NCBI GenBank assembly: GCA_943356775.1
Contig: CALRFU010000003.1
Coordinates: 22,308 to 86,307, forward strand
DNA from: Candidatus Nomurabacteria bacterium
GTDB lineage: Bacteria; Patescibacteriota; Minisyncoccia; Phycocordibacterales; UBA2100
DNA length: 64,000 bases
Direction: 5' to 3'
Shown: positions 39,095 to 47,885 of the stretch, in pieces
Position numbering within the stretch: position 1 is the stretch's first letter
Layout of the letters: every line of letters starts with the position of its first letter
Translations under genes and position numbers: made by a program
The notes under the pieces: generated by a model
What the model saw: only the letters and a program-made list of their open reading frames with translations
The model's database searches: none
What the model was told of the DNA's origin: nothing

Positions 39095-39718
39095 CTACAA
39101 AAGCCTTGTTTTATCGAGCAACACGAGGTGCGGAAAATCCAAAGTATCCCGGATTAGTCTGTCCTGAACGGTCATACGGTAGCGGAATTCTGAACCCGAA
39201 AAAGCCGCGTACCGTATTTCACGTCCGAATTGCCGCTCGAGCGCACGCACTGCCGTTTCCAAGCGCGCCTCATTCAGGCCATCGGCAGCGACGACGAGGT
39301 CGGCCGGGCGCGATGCATCTCCCACAAATGAACCCGAAAGTATGACTGTCACAAGGCGCCCCGAACCTTTGAGACCGGAGAGAATACTTTTGTACTGCAC
39401 GGGAGAAACTTCATGCACAAATTTCGAAAGTGCCAAGGAATACTTGAAGGCCGGGTTGACGGTCCATGCAACTTCCTTTTGTTTTCCTCCGACAGCACGC
39501 TCTGTCCCGTTGGCGAGTATGATTGCAAACTTGGCCGGCTTTACTATCCCCCACTTTTCGAGCACGGCAATTTCTTTAAGAACCGTACGTGAAGACATGC
39601 CGGCGCGCTTCGCGGCAAGCGGAGCGGAAAAGACGCACGACTGGTCGAGGAAGAAGACGCGAAGTACCTTTGCTCGGGATGTGCTGCCCATCAATTTTCC
39701 CAAGAAGTCATCGGTCAT
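39095..39718 (-). CDS. Hypothetical protein: N-terminal winged-helix plus C-terminal minimal nucleotidyltransferase-like domain
   Basis: wHTH-like SRTVLKEIAVLEKWGIV. C-terminal ILSGSFVGDASRPADLVVAAD resembles Pol-beta-type NTase GS...D.D. Confidence 0.35.
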   Translation of the reverse strand: MTDDFLGKLMGSTSRAKVLRVFFLDQSCVFSAPLAAKRAGMSSRTVLKEIAVLEKWGIVKPAKFAIILANGTERAVGGKQKEVAWTVNPAFKYSLALSKFVHEVSPVQYKSILSGLKGSGRLVTVILSGSFVGDASRPADLVVAADGLNEARLETAVRALERQFGREIRYAAFSGSEFRYRMTVQDRLIRDTLDFPHLVLLDKTRLL

Positions 39719-39750
39719 AGGGGTTCATTATCCTCGGACTGTGGTGGGAG

Positions 39751-40593
39751 TCAAATGCGACGCCACGGGGGCATTTCAGTCGCTCCGACCTCCTCTATAG
39801 CTTTTTGTGTAGCCAAAGCCTGATGAAGAGAGCGCACGTCGTGCGTGCGGATGTAGTCGGCTCCGTGCGCGGCCGCAAATAATTCGGCCGAGAGAGTCCG
39901 GCTTTGTATGTCGCAGTCATGCGACTGTGCGAAATTGCGGAGGAACGATTTGCGAGAAACCGAGACCATGACCGGAAGCTCATAGTACCGCTTGAAATCA
40001 GCGATGTGGGCGAGTACGGCAAGCGAAGGCTCCGGATTGCTTGCAAGAAAAAATCCCATGCCAGGGTCAATGATAATGCGCTCCCTTGGAATACCGTGGT
40101 CCGACAATTTCTTCAGCCGTTCGTCAAAAAATACTCGGACCGAGTCGAAAACTTCTCCCGGAGTTTTTGATACTCGCACGGCTTTATCGAGGCCTGAGAT
40201 GAAATGCATCACGACGAGTTTGGTAGTGGAATCTCGCAGCTCTCCGTAGAAATCCTCATCGGGAAATCCCCGGATGTCGTTGAGGAAATCCACTCTCTGC
40301 TCCAGCGCAAAGCGTTGGACTTCTTTTTTGGTGGTATCAATCGAGATGTGGCACTCAAGATTCTGAAGCTCGGCAAGCACAGGGGCAAGGCGTTCAATCT
40401 CGACCTCGGGGGGTACGTGTTCCGAGTATGGATTGCTGGAAGCCGCGCCAAGCTCGATGCTATCCGCGCCATCAGCGAGGAGTTTTTTGGCATGCGCTAG
40501 GGCGGCACCGGGCTCAAGGCAGATCCCCCCATCGGAAAACGAATCAGCGGTAATGTTTACAATACCGACTATCTTGGGAGCTACGGGCCGCAT
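39751..40593 (-). CDS. folP: Dihydropteroate synthase
   Basis: IVGIVNITADSFSDGG pterin-binding signature. Confidence 0.8.
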   Translation of the reverse strand: MRPVAPKIVGIVNITADSFSDGGICLEPGAALAHAKKLLADGADSIELGAASSNPYSEHVPPEVEIERLAPVLAELQNLECHISIDTTKKEVQRFALEQRVDFLNDIRGFPDEDFYGELRDSTTKLVVMHFISGLDKAVRVSKTPGEVFDSVRVFFDERLKKLSDHGIPRERIIIDPGMGFFLASNPEPSLAVLAHIADFKRYYELPVMVSVSRKSFLRNFAQSHDCDIQSRTLSAELFAAAHGADYIRTHDVRSLHQALATQKAIEEVGATEMPPWRRI

Positions 40594-40660
40594 AGAAGAG
40601 AGATTTTAACACAAGATGCCTTTTCTTCGGGCTTTGGAGAGGCTCTGCTAGTATGCTCCC

Positions 40661-41017
40661 ATGGATGAAATTCACATTGACCGTGTGTCATTTTTTGGCA
40701 AACATGGCGTGGAAGAAAAAGAACGCCGTACCAAGCAAGAATTCGTTATCTCAGTCCGCCTCGGCTTCAAAACACGTAAAGCTGGTGCGAGCGACCGCCT
40801 TGCCGACACTATCGATTATGGAGAGACGCGCGAACTTATCCGCACGGTAATCGAGGGCAAAAGCTGCAAACTACTCGAAACGCTTGCCGAAAAGACGTGC
40901 TCGGCGATTCTTAAAGATGGACGTGTAAGGACGGTTGAATTCAGTATTCGGAAAACGACGATGTGGAAGAATGGCGTACCGGGCATTACCGTACGTCGTG
41001 AGCGAGGCCGACGATAG
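40661..41017 (+). CDS. folB: Dihydroneopterin aldolase
   Basis: IHIDRVSFFGKHGVEEKERRTKQEFVISVRL matches FolB pattern. 118 aa. Confidence 0.7.
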   Translation: MDEIHIDRVSFFGKHGVEEKERRTKQEFVISVRLGFKTRKAGASDRLADTIDYGETRELIRTVIEGKSCKLLETLAEKTCSAILKDGRVRTVEFSIRKTTMWKNGVPGITVRRERGRR

Positions 41018-41474
41018 AGCGACTCTCCTGCGGGAGTGCCTCCCAAAGCTCGCACATCGTTTTTCCTGATATCGGTTCTCGAAGCTCTGATGTAATGTCA
41101 CAGAGTGGTTTCAATACGAAATCCCGTTCTCGGAGGCCTGCATGTGGAATGGTCAATTCCGGCGAATCAATGATTTCATCCCCATAGAGCAAAAGATCGA
41201 GGTCGATAACGCGCGGTGCATTATGCTCGTGCTCTCCCATCTTTTTTTCTATCATTTTGATCTTCTCGAAAACCTGCCATGCCGATAATTCTGTCGTGGC
41301 TTCGCAGACTCCATTTAAAAAGTTCGACTGGTCGATAGTATACATGGGCTTGGTTTCATACACAGGCGAGATTTCTGTGACCAGGATTTCGGGTGCGAGC
41401 AGAGCGACCGCCCGCTTGAGATTCGCTCCCCTGTCGCCCACATTCGACCCCAGTCCGAGATAGAGCGTCTTCAC
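40986..41474 (-). CDS. folK: 2-amino-4-hydroxy-6-hydroxymethyldihydropteridine pyrophosphokinase
   Basis: LYLGLGSNVGDR N-terminus and VIDLDLLLYGD motif. Probable GTG start near 41474. Overlaps the folB 3' end convergently. Confidence 0.7.
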   Translation of the reverse strand: MKTLYLGLGSNVGDRGANLKRAVALLAPEILVTEISPVYETKPMYTIDQSNFLNGVCEATTELSAWQVFEKIKMIEKKMGEHEHNAPRVIDLDLLLYGDEIIDSPELTIPHAGLRERDFVLKPLCDITSELREPISGKTMCELWEALPQESRSIVGLAHDVR

Positions 41475-41504
41475 GAGCGCATAGTATCGTGCGTACAAAA
41501 GAAA

Positions 41505-41532
41505 ACAACGACCATACAGTCGTTGTTTTCTT
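41505..41532. terminator. Bidirectional terminator hairpin AAAACAACGAC-CATACA-GTCGTTGTTTT
   Basis: Perfect 11-bp stem with an A-tract and a T-tract. Confidence 0.4.
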
Positions 41533-41627
41533 GGGCGTAATATTTCCTCCCGGTCGCATGCGACTGCATGCGACACCTCTTGTAAGGCCGCTTTTATACG
41601 GCATCACTCAAGAAATTAGAAGTTGGA

Positions 41628-41990
41628 TTATTTCAAGGTCACCTTACCTCCCACGTCCTCAATCTTCTTCTTCCATGCTTCCGCGTCTTCCTTCTTCACA
41701 TCGGCCTTCATAAGTACCGGTGCGCTTTCTACCATGGTCTTAGCTTCCGAGAGACCGAGGGCGAGGACTTCTTTCACAATCTTGATGACTGCGATTTTCT
41801 GTTCACCAAACGAGGTGAGCTCGACGTTGAATTCAGACTTTTCTTCAGCTGCTGCACCACCGGCTGCAGGACCTGCGGCAGCGACTGCCGTTGCGGAGAC
41901 TCCCCACTTCTCTTCGATGGTCTTGACCAACGTGTTCAATTCCAACACCGTCATTTTTTCGACTGCTTCAATGATTTGTTCTTGTGTCAT
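41628..41990 (-). CDS. rplL: 50S ribosomal protein L7/L12
   Basis: [31 protein letters not shown] and C-terminal [17 protein letters not shown]. Confidence 0.9.
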   Translation of the reverse strand: MTQEQIIEAVEKMTVLELNTLVKTIEEKWGVSATAVAAAGPAAGGAAAEEKSEFNVELTSFGEQKIAVIKIVKEVLALGLSEAKTMVESAPVLMKADVKKEDAEAWKKKIEDVGGKVTLK

Positions 41991-42010
41991 ATGTTAATTA
42001 ATGATTATTA

Positions 42011-42502
42011 CTATTTCTTTTCTGCAACCTGACCCAATACCACGGCGAATCTCGCACGCGGTGAATTGAGAAGCTGCGCGAACATCGCACGCAATGTCGC
42101 CATCGGCGGAATTGCCGCGATTTCCTGCATCTTTACTCCGTCCACAAGCTTTCCCTCGAAGATACCTCCGATGATAGAGAGCTTGTCGGCAAACTTCTTC
42201 CCGAATTCGTGTACGAGGCGTGCTGCGATGGTGGAGTCTTCCCCGCCGCCGTAGGCGACAGCTACCTCCCCTTCGAGCGGCAATGTCTCATCCGCATGTC
42301 CGAGCTTTTGGAGTGCGCGGCGCATGAGCGTCTTCTTCGCGACAAAGTACAATACGCCATCAGCACGAAGTGCCCGGCGCATTGCCGACTCCTCCGCTAC
42401 AGTGACTTTTGAGAAATGCACGAATACCGACGATGCTCCTGTCTTAAAGGCATCCTCGAGCTTATCGATGATGACGCCTTTTTCTGCTTTTGTTTTTGCC
42501 AT
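42011..42502 (-). CDS. rplJ: 50S ribosomal protein L10
   Basis: MAKTKAEKGVIIDKLEDAFKTGASSVFVHFSKVTVAEES typical of L10. Directly upstream of rplL. Confidence 0.85.
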   Translation of the reverse strand: MAKTKAEKGVIIDKLEDAFKTGASSVFVHFSKVTVAEESAMRRALRADGVLYFVAKKTLMRRALQKLGHADETLPLEGEVAVAYGGGEDSTIAARLVHEFGKKFADKLSIIGGIFEGKLVDGVKMQEIAAIPPMATLRAMFAQLLNSPRARFAVVLGQVAEKK

Positions 42503-42645
42503 ATATCAATTGGACAAAATGCCTCTAAACCAAGGCCCCAGGGTTTCCCCTTTGGAGTTTCGACCTCGGCAGGCGTCTTATGACTTGAAGGCTTTCGCCA
42601 CCCGCTTTCTCTGGCCTTGTGCGGTGCATAGTACAGATTTAAAGC
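42503..42645 (-). promoter_or_regulatory. rplJL promoter (TTGACG-N16-TACTAT at about 42618-42645) and roughly 105-nt structured leader, a possible L10 autoregulatory leader
   Basis: Good -35/-10 on the minus strand. GC-rich leader GCACCGCACAAGGCCAGAGAAAGCGGGTGGCGAAAGCC... The leader function itself was not verified. Confidence 0.3.
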
Positions 42646-42709
42646 TACGCGTCAACCTGAGCTTTGTTGCGTTCACTTGATTCCGGCGTCGGGCCCCAGC
42701 CCGGCGCCG

Positions 42710-42982
42710 CTATTTTTTATACTCAAGCATCGTAGCAGCGGCAGCCGCTTGCTGCTTCTCGGCATCCTGTCCAGAGGTGTATTTTTGTACCGCATAAGTC
42801 ACGCCAAAACTTATTGAAATAAGCAAAGTGAATCCAAAAAGGAAGCGTGTGAACCCACTGAGTGGAGACGGGGACATTGGGTAATTGTATACGAATTTTG
42901 CCCTATACTGTAGGTATCCATGCATAGAGTGTTTGCAATCGCAGGGCTCGTGTGCGCGCTTCCCCTCTTCGCGAGTGCGCAA
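42710..42982 (-). CDS. Small hypothetical membrane peptide (questionable)
   Basis: ORF only. Overlaps the start of the 42920 plus-strand gene. Confidence 0.15.
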   Translation of the reverse strand: MRTREEGKRAHEPCDCKHSMHGYLQYRAKFVYNYPMSPSPLSGFTRFLFGFTLLISISFGVTYAVQKYTSGQDAEKQQAAAAATMLEYKK

Positions 42983-43696
42983 GCGGGGTTCCCCAATAAG
43001 CCCTTATGGCTATCCGTTACCAAACCAGTGGCGGGGGAAGAAATCTCACTCTCTACCGTCCTCTACAACGGCACCGAGACGGCGGTTGGCGGCACGCTGA
43101 CCTTCTTCGTCGATGATGCAAAATTGACGTCGCAAGACGTCTCGCTCGCGGCACAATCGAGCGATGCGGTCTCGGCAAAATGGACCGCGGTCTCCGGCAC
43201 GCATTCTTTCAGTGCAAGATTCACCACGGCAAGCGGCACCGCATCGACGCTCCCGCAGCAGACAAGCGCAATTCGAGTGACTGTCGCGGAGCCACCCCCT
43301 CCACCTCCCCCATCGGCACTACAGAAAAATGTAGAGCAGGTCACCGCCGTCGCTGGACAACTCGCATCATCTTCCGCGCCTTTTGTGCAAAAAGGGGTGC
43401 AGGCGGTATTCACACAAACCGAGGCTTTGAGAAACTCAGGCATCGCATACCTTAAAACAAAAGTGGAGGCAAAGAATGCTAATCCAAACGATTCGTCCAA
43501 CACCACAGGATTCGCAAGCACTACCGCAAAGTCATCTGGTACGACCTTACACAACATCAGCCAAACAGCGCTAGCAGCAGCGCTCTTCTCAATGCGCTCA
43601 TTATATATTTTCTATCCCGTCATCGGCATCGCATTTCTCTTCGCGCTCTACTGGGCGGCGAGAAAAGTCCGCCGCCCCCGCACTTACACCCCATAG
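42920..43696 (+). CDS. Secreted protein with signal peptide, poly-Pro linker and C-terminal TM anchor
   Basis: MHRVFAIAGLVCALPLFASAQA signal peptide, PPPPPPP run, C-terminal hydrophobic helix plus KVRRPR stop-transfer. Confidence 0.5.
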   Translation: MHRVFAIAGLVCALPLFASAQAGFPNKPLWLSVTKPVAGEEISLSTVLYNGTETAVGGTLTFFVDDAKLTSQDVSLAAQSSDAVSAKWTAVSGTHSFSARFTTASGTASTLPQQTSAIRVTVAEPPPPPPPSALQKNVEQVTAVAGQLASSSAPFVQKGVQAVFTQTEALRNSGIAYLKTKVEAKNANPNDSSNTTGFASTTAKSSGTTLHNISQTALAAALFSMRSLYIFYPVIGIAFLFALYWAARKVRRPRTYTP

Positions 43697-43734
43697 CCCC
43701 TTCTTCCAACCTGCTCGACTTTCCGAATTAAGGC

Positions 43735-43776
43735 ACATACATAATAAGAATGCGGTCGCATTTTTATTATGTATGT
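43735..43776. repeat. 40-bp near-perfect palindrome, copy 1 (ACATACATAATAAGAATGCGGTCGCATTTTTATTATGTATGT)
   Basis: One of three copies of the ACATAATAAG-n-TGCGRYCGCA-n-CTTATTATGT element. Lies between convergent genes. Confidence 0.6.
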
Positions 43777-43781
43777 TGATT

Positions 43782-46649
43782 TTAAGGTCCGTATACCCAC
43801 GGAATCATAAAGTAGTTGCTGTGCGGCGGCGTACCGGCGCCGGTAGTGAAATAATTTCTGAATCGAGTATTATCGTCAGTTGGATAACTATCGAACGAAG
43901 AGCCGACACGCGCCTCGTAGATTGCGATGAAGAAGTGCTCGCCTACCTGCGGGTTTGATATCGAATCCGATTGGTTCGCACTCATGTATGCACGCCCGAG
44001 GAAATGTCCGTTCACGATAGTCGAACTAGCGACATCGCCCCGGTACAAATCTCCATATCTATTTGCCTGCGTGCTGATAGCGCGCATGAGGTATGTGCAA
44101 CTTGAAGACGTGGGCGTGTACTGTGCGCCATTTGAGATTGAGACCGTATCCGGGCTGCAGAACCATCCCGCACTCGGATTTCCATTTGAATTGTTTGCCC
44201 CCAGTGTTCCATAGATAACACTTGAGATACGGTCAAAAGCGCCTAGGGTATACCCATCGGCCGTATGCCAGCTTGCCGCAAGCGAACCGTCGAGCGAATT
44301 GTCCTTCCGCTCCATTGTGAATTGCGCGGTAGTTGTACCCGACTGCACTGAGTATCCGGCGGAACCCAGAGTAGCTCCTGCGCACCAGCCGCTACACACT
44401 GCGACAGGAGGTGTGGTATCGATTGTCGTCGTTGCGATACCATTTCCCCACTGCAATAGAAGCTGCTCTCCTCCGTCCGAGAGCTGCGTAAAATTCACGG
44501 TAACAGCATTCGGCGAACCTGCTGTTGTCGCCTCAGCATTCCGCTCAACTACGAAAAAGTCGTGCCCGGAGTTGTCTCCCGCGGCAGCTGCGGTTCCGGA
44601 GAGTTGGATGACACGACCCCCATCGGGAGTTGTGAGGACAAAGTGCGAGAGGTCGAGAATCGAATTCGTCATATTTCTCAACTCAATCGCCTCGTCTTCG
44701 GTAGATGCATTCGTGCCCGCCCACGCTATCTCATTGATGAGAAGCGGTTGTGTTGTGACGAACACGGCCTTTTCCGTTGATGTCGCCGCCATGCCATTTG
44801 ATTTATATGCGACTACGGAAAAGGTGGTCGTCGCCGCATTATTGATATTACTTGCCGTTGAGGTTGCGGTCGTTGTCGCCAAGGTTACGCCGTTCTTTAC
44901 CACTTCATAATATGTGGCGCCGGAGACGCTGCCCCATACAACGGCTACGGTGGTCGTCGCGATAGTGCAGTTTGTGGTAATGAACGATCCCGAACATTCG
45001 CTGATGGACACATCAGGTGCGCCGGGCGGAGTAACGTCAACAACGGCGGTGCGTGTCGATGTAGCGCTCGTCTCGGTAGAGGTTGCCGCCGAGAAAGAAA
45101 CCGTCGTTGTGCCCGAAGAAAGCAAAAAATTAAGTGCCCAATTTCCGCCGCTATCAGTTGTCGTTGTCGCGAATATGGAGCCATATGCCGCCGAAACTAC
45201 TGAGGAGGCGGACGTGGTGCCCGTAAAGGTAACGCTCGTCGTTGCAAAGAGCCTGTTTTCCTCCGGCGAAAGTATCGAGAGGGAAAGTGTCGATGATGAA
45301 GGGGTGTCTGTAGTTTGCGTGGGACTCCTGCCACCCGAACCTCCTGAACTACTTGCCGAAGATGAAGGGGCGCTTGTTTGCGGTTCAGCCGGAATCGAGG
45401 GCACAGACGAATCTTGCCTCGTCGTTTCCTCTGAAGGAGATATCGAAGCTCCTAATACTTTTGGCGCACTTTGCTTTTGTTGCTTATTATTCTGTTTCAC
45501 CTGCGGCGCAGGATCTTTATTTGATACCGTATTCTGCTGTGGTGGCGGATTGTTGGAAGTGGCAAGCGCGGCGGCACCGGCTTGCCCCGCGTTACGATTC
45601 AACAAATCCTCTACATCACTTTGCTCCAAACTCGAACCATATATTGCCTTTACAAGTGAGAATCCCGACGAGATTTCCTTATTACGCTGCTTGAGCGGGC
45701 TCAAATCCTTCTCTTTAAGTACTCCAGTCTGTTTCTCTTTTTCTACTTCACGAAAGAAGAGGTCGATGACCCCGATACCAGACTCAACCGCATGTCGAGA
45801 CAGGACGTTCCAGTAGTCGGACGAAACGGAGTTTGTTGGGTCATCCATCAAGTATTCGTATTCGATTACTATTCTTCCGTCTTTTCTATTTCGTGCCTCT
45901 TGAAGAAAAGCGAGCCTATATCCGCGTGTCGGATGATATGCGTAAGAGTTTTTCACGATTGCGGAGTCCTTGTCAGGCTGGACATAGCCTGCAAACAGAG
46001 TATCGTCACTCACAAAATTTTCATTAGTAAATCTCGCCGTAACATCAAATGCTTCCGCGGCAGTAGAAAATGTCTTGGGGACAACTTTGCCTGTAATGAT
46101 TACGTCCCCCTTAGTAAAAATACCCGAATATTTCTCATATGTGTCAGGGTCTCCAACCCCCAAGAGATTACCATGTGCATCATTCCTCACGTGTGCCGGC
46201 ACGGATGCATCCTCGATGAGGTGGAGCACGTGGCCCAGAGCCTCAGCAGCCCGGACAGTATCGCCATACGCATAATCAAATACTGCACGGTCCCACGTAT
46301 AGTCGTCGGGGCGCGCGAAATATGACTGCCAAGAATTGAGTGAGCCTCCCTGAGCCGTCTGATCGTTGACCCACTCCTTGGAAGACCTGAGGCGACCCCA
46401 TAGCCCCCTGTTGTTTATTGGATCGTAGAAGTGATATTTGAAGCGAAAGCTATCATCCTCTTCGTTGCTTCCCCGGACAATCGCGGTCTCCTGCTCTGAA
46501 GTGAATACGTCGCCGCGTAGCTTTTCATACTTTTGAACTAATGTGTGAGTAAGACCTTCGTGTGCTGGTACAGGATATGCGAAACAGACATTAGGTGCCC
46601 CAACTATCACCGCTACGCAAGTAGCGATTAGAGCTCGACGATTTTCCAT
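43782..46649 (-). CDS. Large secreted protein: N-terminal Zn-dependent phospholipase C / P1-nuclease-like domain, long Ser/Thr/Pro-rich linker, C-terminal lamin-tail-domain (LTD)-like region
   Basis: Signal peptide. HVLHLIEDASVPAHV matches the HxxxDxxxPxH zinc motif of the PLC/S1-P1 nuclease family. More than 300 aa of S/T/P low complexity. LINEIAWAGTNASTEDEAIELRNMTNSILDLSHFVL resembles the LTD NEx...EWIEL.N...DLSGW pattern. Confidence 0.6.
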   Translation of the reverse strand: MENRRALIATCVAVIVGAPNVCFAYPVPAHEGLTHTLVQKYEKLRGDVFTSEQETAIVRGSNEEDDSFRFKYHFYDPINNRGLWGRLRSSKEWVNDQTAQGGSLNSWQSYFARPDDYTWDRAVFDYAYGDTVRAAEALGHVLHLIEDASVPAHVRNDAHGNLLGVGDPDTYEKYSGIFTKGDVIITGKVVPKTFSTAAEAFDVTARFTNENFVSDDTLFAGYVQPDKDSAIVKNSYAYHPTRGYRLAFLQEARNRKDGRIVIEYEYLMDDPTNSVSSDYWNVLSRHAVESGIGVIDLFFREVEKEKQTGVLKEKDLSPLKQRNKEISSGFSLVKAIYGSSLEQSDVEDLLNRNAGQAGAAALATSNNPPPQQNTVSNKDPAPQVKQNNKQQKQSAPKVLGASISPSEETTRQDSSVPSIPAEPQTSAPSSSASSSGGSGGRSPTQTTDTPSSSTLSLSILSPEENRLFATTSVTFTGTTSASSVVSAAYGSIFATTTTDSGGNWALNFLLSSGTTTVSFSAATSTETSATSTRTAVVDVTPPGAPDVSISECSGSFITTNCTIATTTVAVVWGSVSGATYYEVVKNGVTLATTTATSTASNINNAATTTFSVVAYKSNGMAATSTEKAVFVTTQPLLINEIAWAGTNASTEDEAIELRNMTNSILDLSHFVLTTPDGGRVIQLSGTAAAAGDNSGHDFFVVERNAEATTAGSPNAVTVNFTQLSDGGEQLLLQWGNGIATTTIDTTPPVAVCSGWCAGATLGSAGYSVQSGTTTAQFTMERKDNSLDGSLAASWHTADGYTLGAFDRISSVIYGTLGANNSNGNPSAGWFCSPDTVSISNGAQYTPTSSSCTYLMRAISTQANRYGDLYRGDVASSTIVNGHFLGRAYMSANQSDSISNPQVGEHFFIAIYEARVGSSFDSYPTDDNTRFRNYFTTGAGTPPHSNYFMIPWVYGP

Positions 46650-47179
46650 TTTTGAGTAAATGGATTTAGTAGGAATCGAACGGAGAAAGGAACGCGTTCT
46701 CCCTGCGGGTACATTTCAATTGTAAATTTGCTCGCATCGACATGAGATATCGACCCTCTTTTCCCTTTCCTATATGCGTCAATAATATACTGATTAGCGC
46801 CTCCACCCTCTCCCAGAGTGTTCTCTTCGAGTGCCTCCTCTCGCTTCTCAACAATGAAATACTTACTCGCAAGTTCGTAATTCTTCGCCTCCAGAGCCTC
46901 GATAAAAAGATCGAGTGTCTTTTCCGGAGTAGAACCGCCGTACACGTCATTTCTGTACGCATCGGCGAGAGCCTCATTCTCGGCTTCATATTCTTCCCAG
47001 ATTGCCTGTTCTTCTCCGCGCAGACGCTCTATACCCCATTGCTCGACTTTCCATGGAATATACCAGGGCAAGTACAAAGCGGCCGGTACAAGTACAATCA
47101 CGATTCCCATCCAAAACCACCATTTCCTGTAAATTTTCTGCATATACAAAAAATTATCCCACAACCCTAACCTCTTCAT
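46628..47179 (-). CDS. Hypothetical membrane-anchored protein
   Basis: N-terminal TM helix (WWFWMGIVIVLVPAALYLPWYIPW) plus a charged soluble domain. Divergent from the PaaX-like gene. Confidence 0.45.
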   Translation of the reverse strand: MKRLGLWDNFLYMQKIYRKWWFWMGIVIVLVPAALYLPWYIPWKVEQWGIERLRGEEQAIWEEYEAENEALADAYRNDVYGGSTPEKTLDLFIEALEAKNYELASKYFIVEKREEALEENTLGEGGGANQYIIDAYRKGKRGSISHVDASKFTIEMYPQGERVPFSVRFLLNPFTQKWKIVEL

Positions 47180-47218
47180 GAAAACTTATCCCCACCCCCA
47201 GACTTTCCGCCAAATTTG

Positions 47219-47258
47219 ACATACATAATAAGCGTGCGACCGCACGTTTATTATGTAT
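47219..47258. repeat. 40-bp palindrome, copy 2 (ACATACATAATAAGCGTGCGACCGCACGTTTATTATGTAT), overlapping the ATG of the PaaX-like gene
   Basis: Same element as 43735-43776. Sits in the divergent promoter region. Confidence 0.6.
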
Positions 47259-47799
47259 GGGACTTGAAGCAGAACTCAAACAGGAAATACGGATGACTCG
47301 ACTCCGGAAGGCTATTTTGGCGACCGTTCAGATTGCCGGGATAATTACGCTCACTGCAATGGCCCCCAATATGCTTTCCCTACTCGGTAAGGTACCCCGA
47401 CGCAACCAAGAGAAATTAAAGTCGGCAGTCCGTAGACTTCAAGAAAAAGATCTCCTCCATGTCGGACCGGACGGTATACGTCTCACAGCCAAGGGAGAAC
47501 GATACATCCATACGACTGCACTGCGCCCTGTGCAACCTTGGCTCTGGGATAAAAAATGGCGCGTGGTTATCTTCGATATTTCGGAGAAAAAAAAGAAGCA
47601 ACGGAACCTCTTGAGATATACATTGATACATGTAGGTTTCCAGAAGCTTCAGAATAGCGTTTGGGTATACCCGTACGACTGCGAAGAATTGATTCTCTTG
47701 CTGAAAACCGACTACCGACTCGGGAAGGAGGTGCTCTATATGATTGTCGATAAGATTGAGAGAGATCTGCCGCTTAAGAAGCATTTTGAACTTACATAA
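47257..47799 (+). CDS. PaaX-family-like small transcriptional regulator
   Basis: WDKKWRVVIFDISEKKKKQRNLLRYTLIHVGFQKLQNSVWVYP matches the PaaX C-terminal signature W..W..v.FD.PE....R..LR..L...GFg.LQ.SVW. N-terminal helix-rich region present. Both its start and stop codons lie inside copies of the palindrome. Confidence 0.5.
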   Translation: MGLEAELKQEIRMTRLRKAILATVQIAGIITLTAMAPNMLSLLGKVPRRNQEKLKSAVRRLQEKDLLHVGPDGIRLTAKGERYIHTTALRPVQPWLWDKKWRVVIFDISEKKKKQRNLLRYTLIHVGFQKLQNSVWVYPYDCEELILLLKTDYRLGKEVLYMIVDKIERDLPLKKHFELT

Positions 47800-47829
47800 T
47801 AAGCATGCGACCGCATGCTTATTATGTAT
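47794..47829. repeat. Palindrome copy 3 (ACATAATAAGCATGCGACCGCATGCTTATTATGTAT) followed by a TTTTTTGGGGGG tract
   Basis: Contains the TAA stop of the PaaX-like gene. Could also act as a terminator. Confidence 0.6.
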
Positions 47830-47885
47830 TTTTTGGGGGGTCACGCGATTTCAGGGAATCCGGAAATCCCAGAAGAAGAGGGTTG

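Noticed and set aside
44914-45816. 300-aa plus-strand ORF and several others antisense to the 43782-46649 gene.
   Set aside because: Low-complexity antisense translations of a Ser/Thr-rich gene.
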